Shown: positions 16,433 to 26,049, counted from the stretch's first letter. The stretch is 52,408 bases of DNA from a virus (IMGVR_UViG_3300034101_004850:1-52408), one strand, 5' to 3'. A program made the numbers and translations. The notes: a model not told the origin generated them from the sequence alone.

Positions 16433-17219
16433 TTGGCACCTCTACTTCTTCAATGTTAACATTTAAAAACTGAAAGCCTTCATCTATAAACTTTTTTTCG
16501 TAAGGGTTTCCTACGGAGTGCTCTTTAGAAAAAAAATCACTGTCTACGCTGCTGTCTACTAGACTATCATTATAGTTTATAAATATTCTAGAAAAATATC
16601 TGTCGGTCAAGTAGAACGGCTTTACCGCATGAAAAAATGGACTTGCCGATGGCATTACAACTGCATCTCCAGCAACTGGCTTGTACCTGTAGCTTAAGTT
16701 TAAATCTTTGTTATATGCACATATCTCACCGCCATCGTAATTGTCGTTAAGGTAAAAGTTAACAGTTACTATGTTTTTTTGACTTTTAAATACTCCGTCA
16801 ACATCAAATTCGTCTACGTGGTAGTTCATAAGAAAGTCTGAGTCCCAATTTCTATCTCTAGAGTGATCCAGCTTATATCTAAAAAAATCAATGTTATGAT
16901 TATTTAGATTAACATTATTCCAGTCTTTTATAAAGCTAGGCCAGATTCCATTCTCTTTTGAATATTCAAGCATATAATCTTTTGAAATATAGTCAAACGC
17001 GTCACACATTTCTTTTAAGTATGAGTATTCAGGCAATTCAGATTTCTCAATTTCATCAAAGTTTACAGAAAATCTCCAGCCATTATCATACCAATCTTGC
17101 CATGAGTTATTAACTATTTTCTTATCATCAGAATTTAAAAAATCAACTACGCCTTGGCTATTTTTCAAAATGTTTTTATAAACTACTATCTGAGGAGATA
17201 TAATAATTTTTTCTATCAT
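16425..17219 (-). CDS. 2OG-Fe(II) oxygenase (prolyl-4-hydroxylase-like)
   Basis: YHVD, FYLNDNYDGGE, YKPVAGD, PS..PFFHAV, DRY. Confidence 0.85.
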   Translation of the reverse strand: MIEKIIISPQIVVYKNILKNSQGVVDFLNSDDKKIVNNSWQDWYDNGWRFSVNFDEIEKSELPEYSYLKEMCDAFDYISKDYMLEYSKENGIWPSFIKDWNNVNLNNHNIDFFRYKLDHSRDRNWDSDFLMNYHVDEFDVDGVFKSQKNIVTVNFYLNDNYDGGEICAYNKDLNLSYRYKPVAGDAVVMPSASPFFHAVKPFYLTDRYFSRIFINYNDSLVDSSVDSDFFSKEHSVGNPYEKKFIDEGFQFLNVNIEEVEVPNV

Positions 17220-17410
17220 GAGTTAACCTTTAATTCATTTGGATGACCATTTTTACATTTCCATGTCATAGTAAAAGTATCTTGATTCCAGGTGTATGTA
17301 GTTGAGTTTTCTTCACATTTGGAGCATGGCTTGGCACCATTAATCATTTGTGCATTTTCTAAATCCATTTTTTTATCTCCTGAATTAAAAAACTCATTAA
17401 TATTTGGCAT
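17216..17410 (-). CDS. Small zinc-ribbon protein
   Basis: CSKC...CKNGH motif. Confidence 0.65.
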   Translation of the reverse strand: MPNINEFFNSGDKKMDLENAQMINGAKPCSKCEENSTTYTWNQDTFTMTWKCKNGHPNELKVNS

Positions 17411-18407
17411 TTATTTCCTCGACTAAGTTGCCTACAACATCTGGATTGTCCTTTAAATATGCTACAGCCTTCGCACGTCCTTGAAAACGTTCTCCATTTA
17501 CTGTATACCATGCGCCACCCTTTTCTATAATTCCACACATTTCTGCAACATCTAAAGTTTCTCCAACGCCATCTACACCAAGAGTTTCCCCTTGGTAGTA
17601 AAAGTCGTATTGTCCTGATAAATTTGGGGGGCCGAGCTTGTTGTAATCAATAATCCAGTTAACTGGCCTGCCAACTCTTTGCTCAATAATTTTGTCGCCA
17701 ACTTTAATGCCAGCCTTGATAGCGTTAGCCTCAGCTTCAGAAGACCAGAGTTTGATAACTGTGGAAGAGAAGAACTTGACAGCCATGCCGCCTGTGGGGA
17801 TGTGACTAGCATGCATAGATCCAAACTGATTTCGTTGTTGTGAGATGAGAACAAGTAGTGTGTTTTTGTTTGCATAATTTAACATTTTGACTGCGTGGGT
17901 CATATCCTTTGCTTCTGCGCCGATTTGCTTTGTGTCTTGCAAATCTTTCATTTCATTTCCGTCTTTTTCAAAGTAGATCGCTGGGAGAAGTGCTGATATT
18001 GAATCTACTACAATAAGGTCTACTCCAGCATCCATAAGTTTTGTTGCGACATCTACCATGTCATTAATTGTTTTTGCTGGAGAGTAGATAAGAGAGGAAG
18101 AATCTACTCCTAGTTTTTCTGCCCATGACTGATCGTAAGATGCTTCGGCATCAATCCAGGCACAAGTTTTTCCTTCTTTTTGTGCAAGCGCAATCATTTG
18201 TAAGCAAAACGAAGATTTTCCAGCAGACTTATTTCCCCAAACAAGTGCTTGTCTACCATAACCAAGACCGCCACGTAAAGCAAAGTTTAATCCTATGCTT
18301 GGAGTTAACTGCTTTTCAATTTTAATATCCTGTGCCGATTGAACACGTGCTCTTGTTTTTGGATCGAGCTTTGCTAAAACACTCTCAATTTCTGTAATAG
18401 GGATCAT
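17397..18407 (-). CDS. recA: RecA-family recombinase
   Basis: WGNKSAGKS Walker A, WIDAE, LIVVDSISAL, TGGMAVKFFSS, IEKGGAWY, FQG. Confidence 0.93.
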   Translation of the reverse strand: MIPITEIESVLAKLDPKTRARVQSAQDIKIEKQLTPSIGLNFALRGGLGYGRQALVWGNKSAGKSSFCLQMIALAQKEGKTCAWIDAEASYDQSWAEKLGVDSSSLIYSPAKTINDMVDVATKLMDAGVDLIVVDSISALLPAIYFEKDGNEMKDLQDTKQIGAEAKDMTHAVKMLNYANKNTLLVLISQQRNQFGSMHASHIPTGGMAVKFFSSTVIKLWSSEAEANAIKAGIKVGDKIIEQRVGRPVNWIIDYNKLGPPNLSGQYDFYYQGETLGVDGVGETLDVAEMCGIIEKGGAWYTVNGERFQGRAKAVAYLKDNPDVVGNLVEEINAKY

Positions 18408-18750
18408 CGTAACTTATATCTCCAACTCTTGTATCTGACCTAGTACACTGAAAGCCTATTAGGTGGTTTGGATAAGGTTTTTCATCCATGTATCCAAGTT
18501 CAAAAAAGAACATATCTTTTTCTTTTTCGTAAGTAACTCTTGCCATACTTCCATTTTTAGTTATAAAATCGTTTGGAAAAACTTGTTCTTGAGTCAATAG
18601 CTCATCCAATATAGACCTAGGCACACCAAGCTTTCCGTTGTGCTTTAATATAGCAACAAGGATGCTTGTTGCTCTCATTGCCTCAAATGTATCTACGATT
18701 CTCTTTGGTGGCTGGTGATCAACAAACTCTATGTCTTCCAATCGATCCAT
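18385..18750 (-). CDS. Hypothetical protein (paralog of 18753..19013)
   Basis: MRATSILVAILKHNGKLGVP resembles the neighbour's MNATTILIAILNQIGSISVP. Confidence 0.65.
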   Translation of the reverse strand: MDRLEDIEFVDHQPPKRIVDTFEAMRATSILVAILKHNGKLGVPRSILDELLTQEQVFPNDFITKNGSMARVTYEKEKDMFFFELGYMDEKPYPNHLIGFQCTRSDTRVGDISYDDPYYRN

Positions 18751-18752
18751 AG

Positions 18753-19013
18753 TTATTCTACTTTACCGCTTAGATTATAATCTTCTGAATAATTTCTGAG
18801 GTCCTCAGATTCAACATCTTCTACAGTGTCATTCATCTTAAAGTTAAAAGAAAGAGTTTCACTATCATACTCAACCGATAGCTGCCTATCTTCAGAGTTA
18901 ACCGCTAAAAAATCTTTTGTAGGCACACTAATTGATCCTATTTGATTTAAAATTGCAATTAGTATTGTAGTTGCATTCATAGACTTTAACATTTCCTGAT
19001 TGCTATCTGTCAT
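18753..19013 (-). CDS. Hypothetical protein
   Basis: ATGA overlap with the dnaE stop; AAGGAG RBS. Confidence 0.7.
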   Translation of the reverse strand: MTDSNQEMLKSMNATTILIAILNQIGSISVPTKDFLAVNSEDRQLSVEYDSETLSFNFKMNDTVEDVESEDLRNYSEDYNLSGKVE

Positions 19014-22000
19014 TTTATCTCCTTTACCATAATTGTACCATCTTCTAACGACTTTAGAATTGGTTCACAAATCATTCCTTCTCTCATTTTAGCCAGAGAG
19101 ATAGGGTACATGCTAGAGAATACAATAGCTCTAGTTAAATTCTTTTCTTTATCCGACATAATAAGGTGGGCCATAGTTTTTCCAGCCTTAGTTTTATATG
19201 GAGTATAGCTTATCACAATCCTTTGGTTTTCGTCAATGTCGTATGAGCTCGAATACAAGTATTTCACAAAAGCATCATCCGAATCCCTATTGATTAAATC
19301 AACCTCTACATATCTGGATATTCTATTATCTCCGACAAGAACAAAGTACATTTTATTTGTTTCTATTTTTGTTTGCTCAATATCAAAAAGACCCACTGAT
19401 CCGCTCTCATCGACAAGCTCAATTCTTGACCAGCCATTTCCACGCTTTATGCTCTTTGCCATTCCAAACATGACAAACGATCCAAGCTCTTCAAACTCAT
19501 CAATCGGTCTAGCCTGCGCTTTAATCTTTGGGTCTAAATTAGAAAGATTAAATGATGGTATTCCTAAAAATTCGTAATAAGACTCGGCTTCTTTACCGCT
19601 TCTAGGGTTATCATCAAAAGCAGCCCCGCCAATAGTGTTAAGAGAAGAAATGGCCCTAGAATTAATACCACTGCCTTTCTTGGATGCTTTATCAACAAAG
19701 TCTTTGTAGTTTTCATAAGGTCTCTTTTCTATAATCTTATTCGCAATGCTATCTGAAATAAATTTAACTTCTGCCAATCCAAATCTGATAGAATCTTTCT
19801 GTAATGAAAAGTTTACATCAGATTCATTTATATGTGGTAGCTTAACCTTGATGCCAAGCCTTTTTGCTTCAATCAAATAGCCTGTTCTGGCGTCTTTGTC
19901 TCCTTCGTTTTTAAGGATCGAGAATAAAAATTCCAAAGGATAATAACACTTAAGCCAAGCGGTATAATAAGAAAGCATAGAATAAGCGACAGCGTGACTG
20001 CGATTGAATGAGTATCCAGCATGTGCTTCGAAGTTTTTCCAGAGGTTTTCTGCTTCATCGGTGCTGATATGTTTCTTAGCGCCGTCAATAAATTTATCTT
20101 TGAAAGGACTGAGTTCTTTTGCATCCTGCTTCTTACCGATAACCTTTCTAACCTTGTCTGCTTCCGACCAGGTCATTCCTCCCAAGTGTACGCATGCTTG
20201 CATAACTTGCTCTTGATAAATAATAACTCCGTATGTATTTTCTGTAAAAGGCTTCATTATAGGGTGAGTATAATGAACTGCTTCGTCTCCATGCTTACGC
20301 TTAATATAAGAAGCACCCACTGTATTCATTGCGCCTGGGCGAACCAAAGCATTAGATGCAGCTAAATCTTCAAACTTATCGACCCGCATTTTAATAAGAA
20401 GGTTTGTATATGGGGTTGCTTCTGCCTGGAATATTCCCTTTGTGTATCCATCATTAAATATTTTATAAACATTCTGATCATCAAGCGGTATTTCATATAG
20501 ATTAATCTCTTTACCAGATCTATCTTTAATTGTTTTCAGAGTGTCAGAGATTACAGATAAAGTCTTAAGTCCTAGGGCATCTAGTTTAATAAGACCTATA
20601 TCTGCAACCGTATCCATGTCGTATGCCACGACTGGAATTCTTCCAGACACTTCATCGTTTGCATCTGCTCTAGATTCTATTGGTGCATACTTTCTTAAAT
20701 CATCTTTTGCTACAACAACTCCAGCAGCATGTACTCCAACGCTGCGAATTTTTCCACGTAGCTTTTCAGCTAGCCACGTAACCTCTGGATACTTTGTTCT
20801 AAACTCTTTTGTGTTTGGTGAATCCATAAAGTCTTCAAATGTATCAATCGATTTCATTGCACGATTAACATCGGAAAGTGGAACCATGAACACACGAGCT
20901 GCATCACGAATAACACCTTTATCTTTAAAGTAAGTAAATGTAGAAATAGATGCAACGTGCTTAAACTTCTTCTTTAAATAATCTTTAACCTCTTTACGGC
21001 GACGGTCTTCAAAGTCAGTATCGATATCTGGAAAGTCATTTCGCTCTGGATTAATAAAGCGGAAGAAAAGAAGATCATACTTAATTGGATCGACATCTGT
21101 AATTCCAAGGGCGTAGCAAACTAATGAACCTGCGGCAGAACCACGACCAGGACCAACCATAATATTATTTGACTTTGCCCATGTAATCATATCGGCTACA
21201 ACTAGGAAATATGAAGCAAATGACTTATCTTTAATTATAGATAACTCCTCTGAAATTCTATCCAAGTAGACCTGATCTTTGTCTAGAGATAGTCTTTTAA
21301 GGCCTTCTAAGGCCATATCAGACAGTTTCTTGTCAGCATTGGTCTTTGGGATAGGTAGCAGATCTAGACCCCTATTGAAGTCATATTCTTCAATCTTATC
21401 AGCAATCTCCATTGTATTATCATATATATCTGTACGAGTAATACCTGCCTTATTAAAATCCGCCTCAATTTCAGACCTACTTTGAATAAATAAATTATAG
21501 TCTGCAAATGATATCTTGCGGTCTGGGTATAGATAATTGAATCTATCAAGCATGTCTGGCATTTGTCTAGACATTTCAAAGTCTGCATCTTTATCTGATT
21601 TAGGAGATGTTGATAGAATAAGCATTGCTTCTTCTAAGACTCTATCTTCTTCTTTAGCAAAATGTGCATCTCCAGTTGCCACCGCCTTAATCTTAAGCTC
21701 GTCGGCAAGCTCTAGAAGCTTTGAATTTATTTCTTCTGGATTGTGAGATTGAACCTCAACATAAAAATCTTTACCGAAAGTTTTCTGAAAATCTTTGAGA
21801 ACCATCTTAGCTTCAGAGAACTCGCCTTTCTCGATAGCTTTAGAGATGAGGCCATTAAGGCATCCAGAGAGTACAACAATACCTTCCGCATATTCCTTAA
21901 GCACCTCCCTATCAATACGTGGCTTATGGTAAAAGCCTTCTGTCCACGCAAGCTCCTGCAGGGTATTGATATTCTCTAGACCCTTTTTATTCTTAGCTAA

Positions 22001-22279
22001 AAGAATAATATGATTATACGCCTGAATTGATTTATCTGTCTTAGAAGATCTATCGAATCTATCTGTTGGTGATATGTAAGCCTCAACTCCAAGTATCGGC
22101 TTTATGCCAAGCTTCTTTGCAGCTATCTGCATATCACGATGAGAGGACAATGTGCCGTGATCTGTTATGGCGATTGCTGTTTGACCAGCATCTAACGCTG
22201 CCTGACACAATTCTTCTGGAGAGTTTAGCCCGTCCATAAGCGAGTAGTAAGAGTGAACGTGTAAATGTGTAAAACTCAT
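19010..22279 (-). CDS. dnaE: DNA polymerase III alpha subunit (family C)
   Basis: PHP domain (HLHVHSYYSLMDG, TDHG), GPGRGSAAGSLV, FPDIDTD, HAAGVV, KLDALGL, IYQEQVM, YSFNRSHA. Start MSFTH at 22279. Confidence 0.96.
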   Translation of the reverse strand: MSFTHLHVHSYYSLMDGLNSPEELCQAALDAGQTAIAITDHGTLSSHRDMQIAAKKLGIKPILGVEAYISPTDRFDRSSKTDKSIQAYNHIILLAKNKKGLENINTLQELAWTEGFYHKPRIDREVLKEYAEGIVVLSGCLNGLISKAIEKGEFSEAKMVLKDFQKTFGKDFYVEVQSHNPEEINSKLLELADELKIKAVATGDAHFAKEEDRVLEEAMLILSTSPKSDKDADFEMSRQMPDMLDRFNYLYPDRKISFADYNLFIQSRSEIEADFNKAGITRTDIYDNTMEIADKIEEYDFNRGLDLLPIPKTNADKKLSDMALEGLKRLSLDKDQVYLDRISEELSIIKDKSFASYFLVVADMITWAKSNNIMVGPGRGSAAGSLVCYALGITDVDPIKYDLLFFRFINPERNDFPDIDTDFEDRRRKEVKDYLKKKFKHVASISTFTYFKDKGVIRDAARVFMVPLSDVNRAMKSIDTFEDFMDSPNTKEFRTKYPEVTWLAEKLRGKIRSVGVHAAGVVVAKDDLRKYAPIESRADANDEVSGRIPVVAYDMDTVADIGLIKLDALGLKTLSVISDTLKTIKDRSGKEINLYEIPLDDQNVYKIFNDGYTKGIFQAEATPYTNLLIKMRVDKFEDLAASNALVRPGAMNTVGASYIKRKHGDEAVHYTHPIMKPFTENTYGVIIYQEQVMQACVHLGGMTWSEADKVRKVIGKKQDAKELSPFKDKFIDGAKKHISTDEAENLWKNFEAHAGYSFNRSHAVAYSMLSYYTAWLKCYYPLEFLFSILKNEGDKDARTGYLIEAKRLGIKVKLPHINESDVNFSLQKDSIRFGLAEVKFISDSIANKIIEKRPYENYKDFVDKASKKGSGINSRAISSLNTIGGAAFDDNPRSGKEAESYYEFLGIPSFNLSNLDPKIKAQARPIDEFEELGSFVMFGMAKSIKRGNGWSRIELVDESGSVGLFDIEQTKIETNKMYFVLVGDNRISRYVEVDLINRDSDDAFVKYLYSSSYDIDENQRIVISYTPYKTKAGKTMAHLIMSDKEKNLTRAIVFSSMYPISLAKMREGMICEPILKSLEDGTIMVKEIK

Positions 22280-22485
22280 TAGTATCCGCCTGTGCATTCA
22301 TTTCTAGTATGATATAACCTAATTTTAGTCAATATCTTTTTTGTTGGTGCATATAAATCTTCCTTGCAACATCCGCATTTCATATGCCATTCTCTGGCAA
22401 AGAAATCATACAAAGCGCCCACATAGTTTTTATACTTGTTGGAAACAAAAGTCTCAAACGGGTCTGGGATGTCGTATGTTCTCAT
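22279..22485 (-). CDS. Small hypothetical protein, possible Zn-binding
   Basis: CGCC...H...C motif; TAATG-coupled to dnaE. Confidence 0.7.
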   Translation of the reverse strand: MRTYDIPDPFETFVSNKYKNYVGALYDFFAREWHMKCGCCKEDLYAPTKKILTKIRLYHTRNECTGGY

Positions 22486-22491
22486 TATTAT

Positions 22492-22521
22492 ATTCTACTA
22501 AATAAAGTGGAGGCGGTCAAT
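22492..22521 (-). promoter_or_regulatory. Promoter for the dnaE operon, overlapping a terminator hairpin
   Basis: TTGACC (22521-22516), 18-nt spacer, TAGAAT (22497-22492). ATG lies 6 nt downstream. Confidence 0.65.
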
Positions 22522-22534
22522 GCCGCCTCCACTA
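22500..22534 (-). terminator. Intrinsic terminator after the gp32-like gene
   Basis: 11-bp stem AGTGGAGGCGG / CCGCCTCCACT with a 6-nt loop, followed by TTATTTT on the minus strand. Confidence 0.8.
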
Positions 22535-22541
22535 TTTAATG

Positions 22542-23216
22542 TTACCAGTCTACGCTGCTGCTAGTTGAAGAAGATTCTCGTGTTTCCGAATGAGAGTCTC
22601 CAGTATAAAATGCTTCTTGCTCATCATATGGTACGTGACGAACTGCTGACTTTTCAAGATCAAACAGCTCAATGCTAGAACTATCAAAAGGCGTTTCGTC
22701 TTTTGCTAATGGAATTATTGTATAACTTGTATCTGTTTTTGTTCCTGTACGCTTGATGCGCCACATGAGATTTGTAATACTTCCAATCTCTCCAGCATAT
22801 TCAATTAATGTTGGAGTAATTGCCTTACCACTTGTGCCCTGAGAAAGAATGGCAACATACGGCGCTTCTTTTCCGTCATCAACAAGAACGTTGATGTAAA
22901 GTCTTGCTCTGGCTTTCCATCCAGCCTTTGGATCTTTTCGGTGCTGTTCGTTTGCCCAGTCACGTCCTTCTAGCTCCATTGTATCTAGAGCTTTTCTTCG
23001 GTAGTCTTTGGGATTAGTATGCTCAAGAGCAATAAATCCGCAACCAAATTTTTCGTTATAGTGTGGCGAATCTGGATCAAGCTCTTGCAGAAAACGAATC
23101 TTTACGCTTTCACCATCTTCAATTTTAAACCAACGACCTTTGTTGTCATCGCTTGCTGTATACGTAGGCTTATCTAGTGCCTTGTTTAAGTCTTTTAGAC
23201 CTTTTACTATACTCAT
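22542..23216 (-). CDS. Phage ssDNA-binding protein (T4 gp32-like OB fold)
   Basis: FKIEDGESVKIRFL, RLYINVLV, IKRTG..TDTSY and an acidic/Ser C-tail ending in W. Start MSIVK at 23216 after AAGGAG. Confidence 0.7.
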   Translation of the reverse strand: MSIVKGLKDLNKALDKPTYTASDDNKGRWFKIEDGESVKIRFLQELDPDSPHYNEKFGCGFIALEHTNPKDYRRKALDTMELEGRDWANEQHRKDPKAGWKARARLYINVLVDDGKEAPYVAILSQGTSGKAITPTLIEYAGEIGSITNLMWRIKRTGTKTDTSYTIIPLAKDETPFDSSSIELFDLEKSAVRHVPYDEQEAFYTGDSHSETRESSSTSSSVDW

Positions 23217-23256
23217 TTGTATTCTCCTTTTATATTGACGATATATATTCGCCTGT

Positions 23257-24261
23257 TTATTTTTCTTGAATCCCAGATATATATTCAAAATTAGATATGG
23301 CATTTGCTATGCAAGATTTTATGTCTTCATCAGACATATCACCAGCATCTTTTACACCCTCTGGATATATTCTACCATAAGAGTGCGAAGCCCACAAGAT
23401 GTTTTTATTATTTAGTTTATATGCAATCGTTGAGCCTAAATCTCTTCCTGCCTTATCAGCATCCGTCATAATTATAACTGTATTGAAGTATCTATTTAAT
23501 AGACTAAGGTTTTGCCCTGATATGTGTCCACCAAGAGTTGCTACCACATTTGGAAATCCAGCTTGGTGAACACGAATTGCATCAAAGCTAGACTCTACAA
23601 CAATAACCCTATCTCCAATTTTTTTAGCACGGTGAATATTAAACATAGTCTTGCTTCTTGGAAGGTCTTTGCTATTCTTAAATCTCTTATCAGAAATAGA
23701 TCTACCAACAACACCTACTGCTACCCCGTCTGGGCTATGAACTGGGACAGTTATCATGTCCATATTGTCTGAATATCCTAATGAAAAATGTTTAATTGAA
23801 TCTAAATCAATACCACGAGACTTTAAATATTCCTGAGCTTTGTTGCTATTAATTAATCCATTATGCAAGTTAATCAATTTGTCTGCTGGAAATTCAATAA
23901 AGTCTGGCCTATCTTCTAAGATATCCTTTAATGATTCATCAAAGTTTTCTAGCGACTCAGACTGCTTTGATTCAATATATCTTAAAGACTGAAATTCATT
24001 TTTGTTTAAAATCTTTTTTACTAGATCGCTTAAGGTTCCAGCCTCACCGCAAGAAGGGTTAAAACAAATGTAGGCACCCTTTGTTTTACTTATACTAAAG
24101 CTTGATGTGTGTCTATTTGAATGAAATGGGCAGTATGCTAAAAAGTCGTTGGATGTCTCTCCAACCATATCTATTCCTAGGCTTTGCACTATTGACCTTA
24201 TGTGGGCATGGGAATATTCCGTTGTATCAACTTTCCTTGTGTCATACCCTCTAATTGCCAT
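23257..24261 (-). CDS. dnaG: DNA primase (CHC2 zinc finger plus TOPRIM)
   Basis: CPFH...CFNPSC, GRSI, IVVESSFDAI, MTDADKAG, KDAGD. Start probably MAIRG at 24261. Confidence 0.9.
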   Translation of the reverse strand: MAIRGYDTRKVDTTEYSHAHIRSIVQSLGIDMVGETSNDFLAYCPFHSNRHTSSFSISKTKGAYICFNPSCGEAGTLSDLVKKILNKNEFQSLRYIESKQSESLENFDESLKDILEDRPDFIEFPADKLINLHNGLINSNKAQEYLKSRGIDLDSIKHFSLGYSDNMDMITVPVHSPDGVAVGVVGRSISDKRFKNSKDLPRSKTMFNIHRAKKIGDRVIVVESSFDAIRVHQAGFPNVVATLGGHISGQNLSLLNRYFNTVIIMTDADKAGRDLGSTIAYKLNNKNILWASHSYGRIYPEGVKDAGDMSDEDIKSCIANAISNFEYISGIQEK

Positions 24262-24488
24262 GCCTTCTTCTTTCCTACATAAACTCCATGGAGAGTCATT
24301 AAGAACTTCCATGTCTGTCCGTCAAATTCTACCGAAAAAGCTGGGTCTATGTCAAGTACCCTGGCGTATCCAGAATCTTTCATTTGGCTTACAAGCAAAT
24401 CTTCATATTGTTTTTTAATTCTGATCATGTCAGAATCATCTAAAAACTCAACTCTTATCTGAAACCTTTTAATATTTTTATGGGTCAC
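24198..24488 (-). CDS. Hypothetical protein
   Basis: 96-aa ORF between helicase and primase; GTGA overlap. Confidence 0.7.
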   Translation of the reverse strand: MTHKNIKRFQIRVEFLDDSDMIRIKKQYEDLLVSQMKDSGYARVLDIDPAFSVEFDGQTWKFLMTLHGVYVGKKKAWQLEGMTQGKLIQRNIPMPT

Positions 24489-25720
24489 TTGCTCAGCTCT
24501 GGAAGGTCCTCATAGATTGGAGTAATTACTCCCCTATTTATATCCCAGTCAAGGAAGAACCTAAAGTCATGTCCATGTCTATTCTTTCTAGAGACAACCT
24601 CAATAAGATCTGTATTAGCATGCTTATGAATTGCAATAGCCATATCAGCATCATATTCAATGGCTTTTGACCATGCAACCTGACTCATCATTGGGGGTTC
24701 TTTTTGATCTGAGATATCATCTGCAGTTGCAGCAGTAATATCAATAATAGGAATTCCATTTGTTACAGCAAGGAGTTTGAAGTCTCTTGAGATATTTCTA
24801 TTTCTTTCAACTTCAGAATTACTTCTCTTATTATCATTGAACAGCTGATGGTAGTCAAGGATAACTAGATCTGGTTTATGTTGATCGATCTTTCCTTGAA
24901 TAGTTGCTGGTGTTACTTCTCCAGCACCTTCATTTGAGACAAGGATGAAACTATTCTTACCTTCGGTTTTTTTCTTTCCCCAAGTTTTAAAATCATCAAT
25001 ATTAATATCACCCTTAGAAAGATCGCTTGCTCTAAATAATCCAGATCCTAGCATTGTGTAAATTCGATCTCGCATATTTTCTGGAGCCATTTCAAGAGAA
25101 ACAATCATTGGCTTAAACCCTTGCTCCCAAGCTTTGCATGCTAAGTAAGATGTGAACCATGTCTTTCCTCGGCCTGGCCATCCGATTGCAACAATGAGGT
25201 GACCTGGGGCCATACCAGTTGGGTAGGCCTTATCTATAGCTTCAAAGCCAGTTAAAATTCCTGGGCTTCCTCCCATTGCTAGAGATCTAGTTTTAACTGA
25301 CTCATAGTGTCTTTCAGCTGAGTCAAGGTCTGTGATATCTAAGTCTTTAACATTATTAGTGTATCTACTTAAGTTTGCTAATTGAGACTGCATTGTTCCA
25401 AGCACTCTAGATGGTGCATCTTCTTTTAGAGATGAGCCAGCCTGCATAAGAATTGTCTTTAGCTTGTTGCCCACAAATTCATTTTTTAGTTTGTCTAAAT
25501 AGTATCCAGTCTCACCTTTTGTTTCAACTGGCTCAAAGTCTTTAAACTTATCCTGCAAAATTCCAGCCTCTGGAACTGCCCTAAACTTATAATAGTATGA
25601 CTTGAGACCTTCCCAGATATCTTTGTGAGATACAAATAGGTCGTCTGAATTATCTGCAAGAATGGTGCTTATGTCTTTGTTTTTACAAACTGCTGAAATT
25701 AGTTCTGCTTCTGTATTCAC
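24485..25720 (-). CDS. dnaB: Replicative DNA helicase (DnaB-like)
   Basis: GWPGRGKT, VSLEM, VILDY, IEYDAD, KNRHG. Confidence 0.93.
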   Translation of the reverse strand: MNTEAELISAVCKNKDISTILADNSDDLFVSHKDIWEGLKSYYYKFRAVPEAGILQDKFKDFEPVETKGETGYYLDKLKNEFVGNKLKTILMQAGSSLKEDAPSRVLGTMQSQLANLSRYTNNVKDLDITDLDSAERHYESVKTRSLAMGGSPGILTGFEAIDKAYPTGMAPGHLIVAIGWPGRGKTWFTSYLACKAWEQGFKPMIVSLEMAPENMRDRIYTMLGSGLFRASDLSKGDINIDDFKTWGKKKTEGKNSFILVSNEGAGEVTPATIQGKIDQHKPDLVILDYHQLFNDNKRSNSEVERNRNISRDFKLLAVTNGIPIIDITAATADDISDQKEPPMMSQVAWSKAIEYDADMAIAIHKHANTDLIEVVSRKNRHGHDFRFFLDWDINRGVITPIYEDLPELSK

Positions 25721-26049
25721 TAATTATCCTCAACCATTCTTTTAGTTTCTTGCAACAGACGGCTTCTGTTAATTTTATCTTCTTTAATCTGAATCATCAT
25801 ATCCTCTATTCGATCAAAGTTGTTGTAAAAGAAATTTAGCGGGTGCCTATTCTTTCCAGTTTTAAAATAATACTCTAAAACTTCTTTAGCTCTGTCAAAC
25901 CCTATGCTATCTATCACATCTTGCATAGCCCACTTTTCTTTATACCTGTTAATTGTAGGCTTTACTTTGTAAATCTCTTCATAAAGACCAGAATATATTG
26001 ATAACAAAATGTAGGGTTCTTTATTTACTGCCACGTAATTCCTCTTCAA
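25720..26049 (-). CDS. Hypothetical protein (possible helicase loader/initiator-associated)
   Basis: Helical ORF coupled to dnaB. The true start may be the GTG near 26034. Confidence 0.6.
   Translation of the reverse strand: MKRNYVAVNKEPYILLSIYSGLYEEIYKVKPTINRYKEKWAMQDVIDSIGFDRAKEVLEYYFKTGKNRHPLNFFYNNFDRIEDMMIQIKEDKINRSRLLQETKRMVEDN

Noticed and set aside
22279-24312. Longer N-terminal extensions given by the ORF track for dnaE (22297), the gp32-like gene (23303) and primase (24312)
   Set aside because: The extensions overlap upstream genes. Downstream ATGs have an SD or stop-start coupling and coincide with domain starts.
9891-25720. Inteins or introns in terL, recA, dnaE and dnaB
   Set aside because: The proteins are normal length and continuous, with no intein C...HN splice motifs or homing endonuclease inserts seen.
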